Assembly (NCBI GenBank): GCA_944392595.1
Contig: CALXXD010000006.1
Location: 7,074 to 71,073 of the forward strand
Origin: an uncultured Alphaproteobacteria bacterium
GTDB lineage: Bacteria; Pseudomonadota; Alphaproteobacteria; Rs-D84
DNA: 64,000 nt
Direction of reading: 5' to 3'
Both the position numbers and the translations under genes were made by a program. Shown here one piece after another: positions 1-10,769 of this stretch (positions are counted from its first letter, which is position 1; every line of letters starts with the position of its first letter). A model generated the notes under the pieces. The model worked only from the letters and a program-made list of their open reading frames with translations, was not told the DNA's origin and did no database searches.

Positions 1-680
1 TTTTATTTGGCCATGGGCGGACGACAGGTGACACGAGTAACCAGTAACAAAAACAGGGCATCCACCTGCACTTCCTTTGTCATTCCCGCGCAGGCGGGAA
101 TAGGGCTTGGGGTGTTATTAGTTATTTAATCTGTGGAATAATTCAGCGTTATATTTTTTATTCACCCGCAATCCGCAGCACAAATTTAATAGCCCCTATT
201 CCCGCCTTAACCACCCCACAAATACATTCGTATTTGCGGGGACCCCGGGCGCGGGAATGACAAAGGGGACTAAGTGGATAATTCCGTACTCTCTAACCAC
301 CCCGCCCCAACCACCCACGAAAATTGCATTTTCGTGGGGCCCGGTATCGCGGCACCCCTCCAATGGAGGGGAACTTGGTACGTTCCCACCACGGTCTAAT
401 TTCCCCTTTACGACGGATGGGGCTGTTACTCCCATCCCGTCGCGGAATAAAGTTCTCCTCTATGGCAGAATATGGCTGCTACCTCTCGTCTTGTTGCGGT
501 CTAAGTTCCCCTCTGCGTAGGGGTGGCACGAAGTGCCGGGGTGGTCTAATGCCACCGCCCAAGAGTGGAAAGAATTACAATAATTCGTCGCGTCGGTCGT
601 ATGAATGCCCACCGCCCCGGGTCCCGCGCGACGGGGGGGGAATTGTCACCCGAAGCCTTGGCAAAGGGTGGCACGAGTAA
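1..680. repeat. Repeat island 1: mosaic of nested palindromic MITE-like modules (cut by window start)
   Basis: The same modules recur at 10770-11804, 15343-15688, 18724-19026, 51700-52814 and 56017-56692. They include TTGTCATTCCCGCG...GCGGGAATGACAA, hairpin CCCCTCCAATGGAGGGG, hairpin GTCGCGCCCCGCGCGAC, CACCCGAAGCCTTGGCGAAGGGTG and CGAGTWA heptamers. ORFs here are open on both strands and Gly/Arg/Pro-rich, so I treat them as non-coding. Confidence 0.85.
77..263 (-). mobile_element. Composite palindromic element RE-B with nested RE-C insert (filled form), inverted orientation
   Basis: The reverse complement aligns almost base for base with 11099-11288 and 52382-52568. Termini are TTGTCATTCCCGCG / CGCGGGAATGACAA. 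An AT-rich core is bounded by GGCGGGAATAGGG / CCCTATTCCCGCC. Confidence 0.75.
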
Positions 681-702
681 CAAAAACGGGGCATTCGCCC
701 CG
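681..702 (-). terminator. Rho-independent terminator of clpX
   Basis: Hairpin CGGGGC-ATTC-GCCCCG (687-702) lies 4 nt after the clpX stop and is followed by TTTTT on the - strand. Confidence 0.8.
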
Positions 703-705
703 TTT

Positions 706-1986
706 TTATGCAACCTTTTTCGCGTCGCGCAGTATCTCCACAGGCGGCTTTTTACCGGCGACAACGTCTTTGTCAATTACGATTTCGGCCAAATCTTCTT
801 TCTCGGGCGCTTCGAACATAGGTTCCAGTAATATTTTTTCCAAAATACTGCGTAACCCGCGCGCACCTGTTTTACGTTCGACCGCACGTTTTGCAATCGC
901 CCGCAACCCATCATCGGTTATTGTCAATTTCACGCCGTCCATTTCCAACATAGCCGCATATTGCTTAACAATTGCATTTTTCGGTTCAGTCAAAATTTTC
1001 ACCAACGCATCTTCGTCCAAATCCTGCAAAGTCGTCACAATCGGCAAACGCCCAACCAATTCCGGTATAATGCCGAACTTCACCAAATCTTCGGGTTGAA
1101 CATCGTCCAAATAGTTTTTAGATTCACGTTCCTTTTTGGATTGAACATTTGCCCCGAATCCGATGCCGGCGCGTTCATTGGTACGTGCGCCAATGATTTT
1201 ATTTAATCCATCGAACGCCCCACCGCATATAAACAAAATCTTGGACGTATCCAGTTGCACAGTGGCCTCGCCCGGGTGCTTGCGCCCCGCCCCACCGGCC
1301 GGCACGTTGGCAACTGTGCCCTCGACCAATTTTAACAATGCCTGTTGGACACCTTCGCCGGAAACATCACGTGTCAGCGATGGATTTTCAGATTTGCGGG
1401 CGATTTTATCAATTTCGTCAATATAAATTATTCCACGCCCGGCACGTTCAACATCAAAATTTGCATTTTGCAACAACCGCGTCAAAACGCTTTCCACATC
1501 GTCGCCGACATATCCAGCCTCGGTCAAAGTGGTGGCGTCTGCGATTGCGAACGGCACATCCAAAATCCGTGCCAACGTTTGCGCAAACAGTGTTTTCCCG
1601 GTACCCGTTGGCCCAATCAATAACACGTTTGATTTTTGAATTTCGACCTTGGTATTTTGGGCCACGCTGTGACGTTTGTAATGATTATACACAGCAACCG
1701 ACAACGTGCGTTTGGCGTTATCCTGACCCACGATATATTCGTTCAAGAAATTATAAATCTGGCGCGGGGTTGGCAATTTTTCGGTATCACGCCCGATTTC
1801 ATCACGCATGTCATCGGCCATAATATCATTGCACAGGTTAATACATTCGTCACAAATACAAACATTTCGACCACTGACCAACTTTTTCACTTCATACACA
1901 GCCTTGCCACAGAAACTGCAAAACTGCGGTGGTGTATTCTCAGTCGTGTTCTTTGTTTCGCCCGATTTAATTTTATCGTCACTCAT
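706..1986 (-). CDS. clpX: ATP-dependent Clp protease ATP-binding subunit ClpX
   Basis: 426 aa. N-terminal C4 zinc finger (CSFCGK...CICDEC), Walker A GPTGTGKT, Walker [10 protein letters not shown]. Sits directly downstream of clpP. Confidence 0.97.
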   Translation of the reverse strand: MSDDKIKSGETKNTTENTPPQFCSFCGKAVYEVKKLVSGRNVCICDECINLCNDIMADDMRDEIGRDTEKLPTPRQIYNFLNEYIVGQDNAKRTLSVAVYNHYKRHSVAQNTKVEIQKSNVLLIGPTGTGKTLFAQTLARILDVPFAIADATTLTEAGYVGDDVESVLTRLLQNANFDVERAGRGIIYIDEIDKIARKSENPSLTRDVSGEGVQQALLKLVEGTVANVPAGGAGRKHPGEATVQLDTSKILFICGGAFDGLNKIIGARTNERAGIGFGANVQSKKERESKNYLDDVQPEDLVKFGIIPELVGRLPIVTTLQDLDEDALVKILTEPKNAIVKQYAAMLEMDGVKLTITDDGLRAIAKRAVERKTGARGLRSILEKILLEPMFEAPEKEDLAEIVIDKDVVAGKKPPVEILRDAKKVA

Positions 1987-2013
1987 ATTCCAAATCCCCC
2001 AGATACGAAAAAA

Positions 2014-2595
2014 TTATTTACGTTTTAACACACCGTCAATCAGGCCGAAATCTTTGGCCTCGTCCGGGCTCATCCAATTGTCGCGTTCCATCGCGTCGAA
2101 CAATTCTTTTTCTTTGCGCCCCGTAAATTCAGACATTTGTTTAATCAAAGTTTTTTTATTTTTCTGATATTGTGCCATACGGATTTCCATATCAGTAATT
2201 TGACCTTCTGCCCCAGCCAACGGTTGATGTATCATGATTTGAGTATTTGGCAAAACGAAACGCTTGCCCTTTTCACCCGCGGCCAACAGCACCGATCCCA
2301 TTGACGCCACCAATCCCATACCAATGGTTGAAACAGGCGATTTAATATACTGCATAGTATCCATAATGGCCCACCCCGCAGAAACATCACCACCCGGCGA
2401 ATTTATGTACAAAGAAATCTGGGCATTTGGATTTTCAGATTCCAAAAACAATAACTGGGCCACAACCGTATTTGCCATATTTGGTTCAATTTGCCCGTTA
2501 ATCATAACAATTCGATCGCGCAACAGACGCGAAAAAATATCAAAAGAACGTTCCCCACGGGGCGATTCTTCGATTACAACAGGTATCAAAGCCAT
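2014..2595 (-). CDS. clpP: ATP-dependent Clp protease proteolytic subunit ClpP
   Basis: 193 aa. Active-site Ser context VASMGSVLL, His context IMIHQP. Upstream of clpX in the canonical order. Confidence 0.97.
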   Translation of the reverse strand: MALIPVVIEESPRGERSFDIFSRLLRDRIVMINGQIEPNMANTVVAQLLFLESENPNAQISLYINSPGGDVSAGWAIMDTMQYIKSPVSTIGMGLVASMGSVLLAAGEKGKRFVLPNTQIMIHQPLAGAEGQITDMEIRMAQYQKNKKTLIKQMSEFTGRKEKELFDAMERDNWMSPDEAKDFGLIDGVLKRK

Positions 2596-2703
2596 CTTTA
2601 TAAATCCTTACTTTTTTTACACATAAAACTATATCACACAAAAACCCGATTCGCGAATTTATGATATATATAGCGCGCGCCACAAAAAATACAACCCACA
2701 CGG

Positions 2704-3870
2704 TTACCCGCGCAAAACGGCGATACCCGGCAAATCAAGTCCCTCGATAAATTCCAAAAACGCGCCACCACCGGTGGAAACGTATGTAATATCGTCTTTG
2801 ACACCACATGCCTGCAAAGCGGCAACTGTATCGCCACCGCCAACAACGCTTACCAATTTGCCGGCGCGCGTTTGTTCGGCGATTGCACGCGCAATTGCAA
2901 ATGAACCGTATGACCAAGTCGGTTGCCATTCAGCCATTCCAACCGTCCCATTCCATATAACGGTCGCAGCATCACGAATTTCGGACACATCCCGTTCAGT
3001 CGTCGCAACGCCTGCGTCAATAATCACATCGTCGTCCATAATCTCGGTAAAATCTTTGTTGGTGCGCGCGGCGGCGGCTGTAAATTCTTTGGCCACACCT
3101 TTGTCCAGCGGCAACAACACCCTGCAATTATTTTGCTTGGCATATTCCAAAATATCCAGCGCATTTTGCTTTTGGTCGGCCTCGTACAACGAATTTCCAA
3201 CGCGCCCACCAGTCGCATAATTAAACGTAGTCCCCAACGCGCCCCCAATAATCAACGTATCCGCCAATTTCGCCAACGCGCGCAGCACACCGATTTTTGT
3301 GGAAACTTTGCTGCCGCCGACAATCGCCAACAACGGCCGCGCTGGATTTTCCATAACGTTGGTTAAATTTTCAATTTCAGACGCCAACAACAACCCCGCA
3401 TAGGACGGCAAAATTTTGGCAACGCCAACGGTACTGGCATGCGCGCGATGCGAAACCGCAAACGCATCATTTACAAAAACATCAAATCCATCGGCCAAAC
3501 TGCGCGAAAAATCGGGGTCGTTTTTTTCTTCACCCGGATAAAAGCGCACATTTTCCAACAAAACCACATCACCGTCGTTCATGTTTTGCATGAAGTTTTT
3601 ATCTAAGCAATCTGCAATCAGCGGAATTTTCATATATTCAGCCACTGGTGCCAAAGTATATTCCATATTACGCACACCCTTTGGCCGCCCCAGATGCGCA
3701 CAAATCGCGATACGTGCCCCACCCGCCCGCAGCGCGTTAATTGTCGGCATACTTTGTTCAATTCTGAACACGTCGGTAATATGCCCATCCACAATTTGAA
3801 CATTAAAATCATCACGCAGTAAAACATATTTCCCGCGTACATCCAGATTTTCAATCGTGCGTAAATTCAT
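2704..3870 (-). CDS. pgk: Phosphoglycerate kinase
   Basis: 388 aa. N-terminal LLRDDFNV motif, C-terminal VVGGGDTVAA and STGGGAFLEF motifs typical of Pgk. Confidence 0.95.
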   Translation of the reverse strand: MNLRTIENLDVRGKYVLLRDDFNVQIVDGHITDVFRIEQSMPTINALRAGGARIAICAHLGRPKGVRNMEYTLAPVAEYMKIPLIADCLDKNFMQNMNDGDVVLLENVRFYPGEEKNDPDFSRSLADGFDVFVNDAFAVSHRAHASTVGVAKILPSYAGLLLASEIENLTNVMENPARPLLAIVGGSKVSTKIGVLRALAKLADTLIIGGALGTTFNYATGGRVGNSLYEADQKQNALDILEYAKQNNCRVLLPLDKGVAKEFTAAAARTNKDFTEIMDDDVIIDAGVATTERDVSEIRDAATVIWNGTVGMAEWQPTWSYGSFAIARAIAEQTRAGKLVSVVGGGDTVAALQACGVKDDITYVSTGGGAFLEFIEGLDLPGIAVLRG

Positions 3871-4495
3871 CTTTATTCATCCTTTCCTTGACCGGTTTGT
3901 AACTTTTACGATAATGTTCGTTTATACCATATTTTTCGATTGCACGCAAATGTTCAGCCGTCGGGTATCCCGCATTTTTATCCCACGCATACATCGGATA
4001 CATCGCCGCCAAATCATCCATAATTTTATCACGTGTTTGCTTTGCAATAATGGACGCAGCCGCAATAGACAATGATTTCGCATCCCCACGAACCACGGCC
4101 GTGCCAATCAAATTCGGTGGCAACTTGTTCCCGTCAATCAAGCAAAACTGGGGTGTGCAACTTAACTTTTCAACTGCACGCGACATTGCCAACAAAGACG
4201 CATATAAAATGTTTAATTCGTCTATCTCGGCCGGGCTGCATTGCGCCACCGCCCAAATTGTGTTTTGCGTTATCCAATCATACGCCACCGCGCGCGCATG
4301 CGCAGTCATTTGTTTGGAATCACGAATTACAACAGGAATGTCAATATCGCGCCGCGGGAAAACAACCGCCGCCGCAACCACAGGCCCGCACAGGGGGCCA
4401 CGGCCGGCCTCATCCACGCCGGCGACCATGTCAAATCCAGTCCCGTTTTCAATATCAAATGTGGGCATTGTTTTCATAGTGATAAAATCCACCAA
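3851..4495 (-). CDS. rnhB: Ribonuclease HII
   Basis: 214 aa. Catalytic motif GVDEAGRGPLCGPVV and DSKQMT. The exact start is uncertain (Met at residues 1, 7 and 10). The 3-prime end overlaps the pgk start by 20 nt. Confidence 0.9.
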   Translation of the reverse strand: MVDFITMKTMPTFDIENGTGFDMVAGVDEAGRGPLCGPVVAAAVVFPRRDIDIPVVIRDSKQMTAHARAVAYDWITQNTIWAVAQCSPAEIDELNILYASLLAMSRAVEKLSCTPQFCLIDGNKLPPNLIGTAVVRGDAKSLSIAAASIIAKQTRDKIMDDLAAMYPMYAWDKNAGYPTAEHLRAIEKYGINEHYRKSYKPVKERMNKDEFTHD

Positions 4496-4624
4496 CTTGT
4501 ATTTTTATTTATATACATCCCCAAGAAATTAAATAATATGATGTATCTCTGCCGTTATTCTAATAAAAACGGTATAAAAATAAATACAAAAGTTTCTGAC
4601 AAAAAATATTTTTTGTAAAATCAA

Positions 4625-4653
4625 TGGACTTTTTGTACAGATTATGGTATAAT
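4625..4653 (+). promoter_or_regulatory. Putative sigma-70 promoter with extended -10 for the PanA-like operon
   Basis: TGGACT (4625-4630), 17-nt spacer, TGGTATAAT extended -10 (4645-4653). The ATG at 4652 lies inside the -10 box, which argues for the 4700 start. Confidence 0.5.
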
Positions 4654-4699
4654 GGGGGCGAGTAAGGGATATAAAACTCTAAAAACTGCTGGTGATAAA

Positions 4700-5209
4700 A
4701 TGCCAATTGTATTTAATAAAAATCCACAAAAAGCGATAGAAGCCGTTATTTGGATTATCAAAAACGGCGAATCCAATATGTATAATATTTGGAAAATATT
4801 GTTTGATGCGGAAAAATATCATTTGAATACATACGGACGCCCTATTACAGGTGACAAGTATATGGCCATGGAATTCGGAACTGTGCCCAGTTGGCTATAT
4901 GATGCTGTTAAATTAAAAAAACAAGGGCTTGGCTTTTATAAAGATGGTAATTCATTAATAGCAGAGCGCGACCCTGTATTGGATTATTTATCTGCGTCAG
5001 ATATTTTAGCATTAAAGCATGGTTTGAATGAATATGCGGGGCTGTCTTTCAGCGAAGTTATGAAAAAGAATCATAAAGAACCCGCATGGGAAAAAAATTA
5101 TGCCAAACGTGGCGACAACGAATGCGCGCCAATCCCTTTTGAAGATATGATAGAAGAAGATTGGCTGCGTGAAGATTTGGCGATATTGGCAAAAGATATG
5201 GTATTGTAA
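4700..5209 (+). CDS. Panacea (DUF4065, SocA/GepA-like) domain protein, putative antitoxin
   Basis: By-eye match to the DUF4065 core: AIEAVIWIIK..NIWKILFDAEKYHLNTYGRPITGDKYMAMEFGTVPSWLYD. GGTGA Shine-Dalgarno 4 nt before the ATG at 4700. The stop overlaps the next ORF's start (TAATG). Confidence 0.7.
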   Translation: MPIVFNKNPQKAIEAVIWIIKNGESNMYNIWKILFDAEKYHLNTYGRPITGDKYMAMEFGTVPSWLYDAVKLKKQGLGFYKDGNSLIAERDPVLDYLSASDILALKHGLNEYAGLSFSEVMKKNHKEPAWEKNYAKRGDNECAPIPFEDMIEEDWLREDLAILAKDMVL

Positions 5210-5580
5210 TGTTAGAAATCGCCGATATTTTTATTATGGACGTAGGAGGCCATATAGAACATCGGGACACGAAACATTGTGTATGTATCGCAGCAAGCCA
5301 AAATAAATTTTTTGTTATCAACACACAACATCGCACAATGTATGATGATTTTATGATTTCTGCCGCAGATTATGATTTTTTAAAAGGTCAAGACAGATTC
5401 GTGTGCTGTTCTGCTGTATACAAAATTCCAACAAATAAAATTATTAGAAAAGTTGGCAAGTTAAAATATGCAGATATGCTGAAATTGATAGATAAAATTC
5501 AAAACTCTGTCATTTTGGATAACACAGAAAAATCTGCGATTATTCCAGAATTAACAGAATGGCAGCTGGATAATTCATAA
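5209..5580 (+). CDS. Unknown 123-aa protein, candidate toxin partner of the Panacea-domain protein
   Basis: Translationally coupled (1-nt overlap) to the upstream DUF4065-like gene. No family recognised. The toxin call rests on context only. Confidence 0.45.
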   Translation: MLEIADIFIMDVGGHIEHRDTKHCVCIAASQNKFFVINTQHRTMYDDFMISAADYDFLKGQDRFVCCSAVYKIPTNKIIRKVGKLKYADMLKLIDKIQNSVILDNTEKSAIIPELTEWQLDNS

Positions 5581-5593
5581 ATATTATTTGACA

Positions 5594-7324
5594 CTAAATC
5601 GCCATACGGTTGGCAATTTGTTGCTGGACATATTCGTCTTCGCTGTTATACAGCGGCCATTCGCCGTCCGCCAAATCCCGCATGGTCGTAAGCGGTTGAT
5701 CCAATCGCGCCCGATACAGCCACATATTCGACATCACTCGTTTGATATACGCGCGCGTTTCATACGCTGGGAAACTTTCGATATACAGCAACGGGTCATA
5801 CGTTTCGAACATATTTTCAAATTGCACCAGGCTGCCCATGCCGGCATTATACGCCGCCAACATCTTGATAATATTATTATTGATATTTGGATGCGCCAAC
5901 AAATCCACGATATATTGTTGTCCCAAAAACATATTATGTTCAGGATTTAACATATCAATATCAGACATATTAACCTTGTTTTCGCGCGCGACACGTTTGG
6001 CGGTGCTGGGCATAATCTGCATCAAACCATTTGCCCCCGCCCCGGATTTAGCATTTGCACGGAACCCAGATTCTTGCTTTGTAATCGCCAACAACAACGC
6101 GCGATCAATCGACCACCCCCCCATGGGTTCCCAGTCAGGCAAAGGATATTGTGCGGAATAAATGATATTATCATCAATTTCCAAAATTCCACGATCTTGG
6201 ATTAAACTGGATGCCTGGATGGACACGCGCGGCAACCCGTATGCAGTCGCGATAGAATTTATCGCATGCAAAGTGCGATCGGTTACCTTTGGCGTAATCA
6301 GATATTTCAAATACAACTCGGCCCGATCTTTTTCGCCAACCTGCAACAGCCCCAGCGCAATTTTCCCATACTTGGTTTCACGCAATGCATCAATATCTTC
6401 ATCGGTACAATCTTGTTCGAAAAACTCGTACCGCGGCGTCCGCCCCAGCATAACGGACGACAATGCACCATAAAACGCCATGGGATGCGCAGCCGCAATT
6501 TTCCAATATTTTTTTGCAGTACTGCGTTCGCCGTTCGATTCGGCGGCACGCCCCGCCCAAAAAGCGGCCTCGGTCTTGCGTGCATTATTTATCTGGGGCA
6601 AATCCAAAATTGCACTGAAATATTTTTCACTTTCATCAAATTTTTCTTCTTTGAAATAAAGCAACCCCATCGTCCATAAACCATATTCAGATTTCGCATC
6701 AGACGCCACAAAGCCCCACTTTTTCGCCAATTCAAATTCGCCATTCGTATAATATATAAATGATAAACGACCCGCCAAACGCCCATAATCCGATTCGGTT
6801 AATTTGCGTTTTAACGTGTTATCTTCCAATATCAATCGGGCCGTTTTGGTTGCCCCGCTGCGAATCGCGCGCTTGAATTTGTTAATTTTGGTATTGGTAT
6901 CACCGGTATATTTTTTTTCGGTCCATGTCTCGGACTGGGGCGTTTCAATGGATGCACCCCCACTGATTGTGCGGGGTATATACGCCTTGCGCACATTGGC
7001 CTGCTTTATTTTGGCCAGTTTCACCATACGATCCGCCCCGGGCATATCATAATATTTATTCATCCAATCAACGATTTCCCGACCGCGGGTACGATAAGTT
7101 TTTGAAAAGAAACGCTGATATAAAACCTCGTTTATCAACAAAGGATCGTTTAATTGTTTTTGTAATTTTTGGGCTGCGCTGATTTCTTCTTCTCGCTGTA
7201 ACATAAATATTTGTGTATATAAACTTGCATCTGCATCGGTCAAAACGTCTATATCCGGCAAATCAGACGCCATCGCCGCAAACGGCAAGAATATTGCTAT
7301 TAAAAAAGTGAATATTTTTTTCAT
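5594..7324 (-). CDS. Soluble lytic murein transglycosylase (Slt70-like)
   Basis: Signal peptide MKKIFTFLIAIFLPFAAMA (start moved to 7324). C-terminal SLT domain motifs TKQESGFRANAKSGAGANGLMQIMPSTA and AAYNAG. Long helical-repeat N-terminal region. Confidence 0.9.
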   Translation of the reverse strand: MKKIFTFLIAIFLPFAAMASDLPDIDVLTDADASLYTQIFMLQREEEISAAQKLQKQLNDPLLINEVLYQRFFSKTYRTRGREIVDWMNKYYDMPGADRMVKLAKIKQANVRKAYIPRTISGGASIETPQSETWTEKKYTGDTNTKINKFKRAIRSGATKTARLILEDNTLKRKLTESDYGRLAGRLSFIYYTNGEFELAKKWGFVASDAKSEYGLWTMGLLYFKEEKFDESEKYFSAILDLPQINNARKTEAAFWAGRAAESNGERSTAKKYWKIAAAHPMAFYGALSSVMLGRTPRYEFFEQDCTDEDIDALRETKYGKIALGLLQVGEKDRAELYLKYLITPKVTDRTLHAINSIATAYGLPRVSIQASSLIQDRGILEIDDNIIYSAQYPLPDWEPMGGWSIDRALLLAITKQESGFRANAKSGAGANGLMQIMPSTAKRVARENKVNMSDIDMLNPEHNMFLGQQYIVDLLAHPNINNNIIKMLAAYNAGMGSLVQFENMFETYDPLLYIESFPAYETRAYIKRVMSNMWLYRARLDQPLTTMRDLADGEWPLYNSEDEYVQQQIANRMAI

Positions 7325-7338
7325 GATTTTTATCTGCG

Positions 7339-7839
7339 TCAGAACAAAGTTGTTTTCGGCAACTGGCAAACCGCAGCGCCCTCGTCCGCCTCGGGTATTT
7401 GTTCTATGATTTTTTTAAAATCCGAAATGCGCGAAAACTTACGATACACAGATACAAAACGCACAAACGCAATCGGATCCAGATTCAACAAAGAATCTGA
7501 CACCATTTGACCGACGGCGGCACTTGTCACCGTATCGTCGGCGGTTTCTGTTTCCAAACGCCGATGTATCGACGTTACCAGTTTTTCAATTTGCTCGTCC
7601 CCGACATCGCGATTACGGCACGCCAATTTAATACTGCGACGCAATTTTTCGCGGTCAAAAGGTTCCAATTTACCGCTGTTTTTGCGCACCATTAAATCGC
7701 GCATCTGCACGCGTTCGACGGTTGTGAATTTCGCGCCACATTGATTGCACACACGACGACGCCGAATAATTGCGTCTTCGGTATCTGGGCGTGAATCAGT
7801 CACCCGGCTGTCGGTTGAATTACAATACGGACATCTCAT
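7339..7839 (-). CDS. nrdR: Transcriptional repressor NrdR
   Basis: Zinc ribbon MRCPYC..CNQCG followed by an ATP-cone region. Start placed at MRCPYC. Confidence 0.93.
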   Translation of the reverse strand: MRCPYCNSTDSRVTDSRPDTEDAIIRRRRVCNQCGAKFTTVERVQMRDLMVRKNSGKLEPFDREKLRRSIKLACRNRDVGDEQIEKLVTSIHRRLETETADDTVTSAAVGQMVSDSLLNLDPIAFVRFVSVYRKFSRISDFKKIIEQIPEADEGAAVCQLPKTTLF

Positions 7840-8003
7840 ACCCATATACGGTAGCAATCAAATCCCCACCTGTAAAGCAGAATTTAATATCAGCCACGAC
7901 CGGCAAAAAATACGTTTTTTATAAAAATCAAGAACTTTATTTTACCCCGTCCCACCCCGCCCGGCTTTTTTACAGCCCCGAAATATGATAAAATAGGTTT
8001 TGA

Positions 8004-9116
<1,113 letters not shown>

Positions 9117-9129
9117 TAAAAAACAATTT

Positions 9130-9161
9130 TAAAAAAATCGCCCAAACGGGCGATTTTTTTA
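9130..9161. terminator. Bidirectional rho-independent terminator (ccrM / dsbA-like)
   Basis: Hairpin ATCGCCC-AAAC-GGGCGAT (9137-9154) flanked by an A-run and a T-run, between convergent genes. Confidence 0.8.
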
Positions 9162-9992
9162 TTCTTCATCCAAAGCAGATTCAATCTGATCCGCTGGGAT
9201 AGCGCCTGGGAATGCGCGTTCGCCGATAATCAAGAACGGCGTACCGCTGATTTCAAAACGCTGTGCCAAATCACGAACGTTTCTTAATTCGCGGGCAACG
9301 ACATCACCCTTCATATCTTCTTTCAGTTTTTCTGTATCCAGGCCAACTTCTTTTGCCATTTTCATAACATTGGCTTCTACTTTTTCACCAATCTTGGACT
9401 GATCTTTCAAGTCATCCTGGGTATAGAATTCACGTGTCATCAACATGTCTGTCAATTCCGCAGCCTTTGCCGGATCTTGCAAATTCGCAGCAATCACAGC
9501 CTTGGCCGGTGCATCAGACAATGGTCCATGGATCGAGAAGTTTTTAACAACCACGCGAACATCGTCACGGTCAGCCAACACGCGATCCAATTCGCCATGA
9601 ACACGACGGCAATATGGGCAAGAGAAGTCTGTCCATACATAAATAGTCTTTTTGGCGTTTTCGCGATTACCCAAAACCGGTGCATCACGCATCATTTTTT
9701 TGCCTTCGGAACGAACATATTTACGAATCTGTTTGTTCTTTTCAGCCTGTTGCTGTTCCTGCATGCCATTGACCATTTCCTGAACAATTGCCGGATTAAC
9801 AGCAGTCAGATAGTACGGCATATACAGACGGCACATACTGCCTGAAATCAGGATAATTGCAATCAATGAAATACATTTTTTTGCAACGATTTTGCTGGCG
9901 GATGGTTTTCTTTCGTCACCCTTTGGCAGCAACATGCCACCGAACAGGAACAACAGAATACCAATGACCAGAATCAAGATTGTCCAAGTCAT
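9159..9992 (-). CDS. DsbA-family thiol:disulfide oxidoreductase, membrane-anchored
   Basis: N-terminal TM helix. Thioredoxin-fold CxxC motif WTDFSCPYCRR. C-terminal GTPFLIIG motif typical of the DsbA/Com1-like family. Confidence 0.85.
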   Translation of the reverse strand: MTWTILILVIGILLFLFGGMLLPKGDERKPSASKIVAKKCISLIAIILISGSMCRLYMPYYLTAVNPAIVQEMVNGMQEQQQAEKNKQIRKYVRSEGKKMMRDAPVLGNRENAKKTIYVWTDFSCPYCRRVHGELDRVLADRDDVRVVVKNFSIHGPLSDAPAKAVIAANLQDPAKAAELTDMLMTREFYTQDDLKDQSKIGEKVEANVMKMAKEVGLDTEKLKEDMKGDVVARELRNVRDLAQRFEISGTPFLIIGERAFPGAIPADQIESALDEE

Positions 9993-10062
9993 AATTTTTC
10001 TCCTTTTAGTCTGTTGAACGATTGTACAATACTGAAAAAAATACAGTTGTGCAAGGGAATAT

Positions 10063-10716
10063 TTACCACGAACTTAAAATTTTTCGCGCGTATGGCAACT
10101 CGATACCTTGGGCCGCGCAGGCACGTTCCAAAAATGCGCCTGTGACATTTAAACTCAATGGCAACTTGTATAATTTATTGATATACGGCGCAGCACAATT
10201 TTCACACACCGCCCGCCCGGTCCGTGGCGACAAATACATCAAATTATCACGCGTCCCGCACCCTGAACAAAATGTCAAATCCAACGCATACCCCAATTCG
10301 CGCAGGAACGCAACCTCCCACCCCAGATACGCATCATGCGCATCAGATGCCGCCAAATTTTCCAACAATGAAATTGTTTCATTATATAATACTTGATATT
10401 GCTCGCGCTCGGGCAGCAATGCGCAAATCAATCCAAATGCAGAATTCATATATCCCAACGTTTCGTGCCTTGCCATCAACAAAGCAGCCATATTTTTATC
10501 AGATTCCCAATGAAACGCGCCCAACTGAGAATCCAAACGCGCATTCCACGATACTGCGCCGAATTGCCCCACCAAAGGTTTGTTTTTTCGTGCGACCTGG
10601 GCACCGCGCATAACGCCACACATAACGCCAAAATCAGCCGTAAATACACGCGCCACCGAATCGCGTTCGCCAATAGGTCGTAAATTTATCAAAACACCAA
10701 CAGAATCCAATTTCAT
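10063..10716 (-). CDS. recO: DNA repair protein RecO
   Basis: The N-terminal OB region (MKLDSVGVLINLRPIGE) matches the usual RecO N-terminus. C-terminal Cys cluster CSGCG..CENC. The tracked ORF begins at a TTG at 10737; I prefer the ATG at 10716. Confidence 0.85.
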   Translation of the reverse strand: MKLDSVGVLINLRPIGERDSVARVFTADFGVMCGVMRGAQVARKNKPLVGQFGAVSWNARLDSQLGAFHWESDKNMAALLMARHETLGYMNSAFGLICALLPEREQYQVLYNETISLLENLAASDAHDAYLGWEVAFLRELGYALDLTFCSGCGTRDNLMYLSPRTGRAVCENCAAPYINKLYKLPLSLNVTGAFLERACAAQGIELPYARKILSSW

Positions 10717-10769
10717 TTCCCACCGATTATATATCAATGAAAAACAAAAGTTTAATAAAAATTCCCGTT

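Noticed and set aside
196-1099. ORFs 196-435, 257-520, 324-680, 546-776, 565-831 and 605-1099 in the first kilobase.
   Set aside because: They run through palindromic repeat modules, overlap each other on both strands and are Gly/Arg/Pro-rich. ORF 605-1099 is also antisense to the clearly real clpX. I treat them as artefacts of GC-rich palindromes.
4652-4699. Upstream ATG (4652) as the start of the Panacea-domain gene.
   Set aside because: This ATG lies inside the predicted TGGTATAAT extended -10 box. The ATG at 4700 has a GGTGA Shine-Dalgarno at proper spacing.
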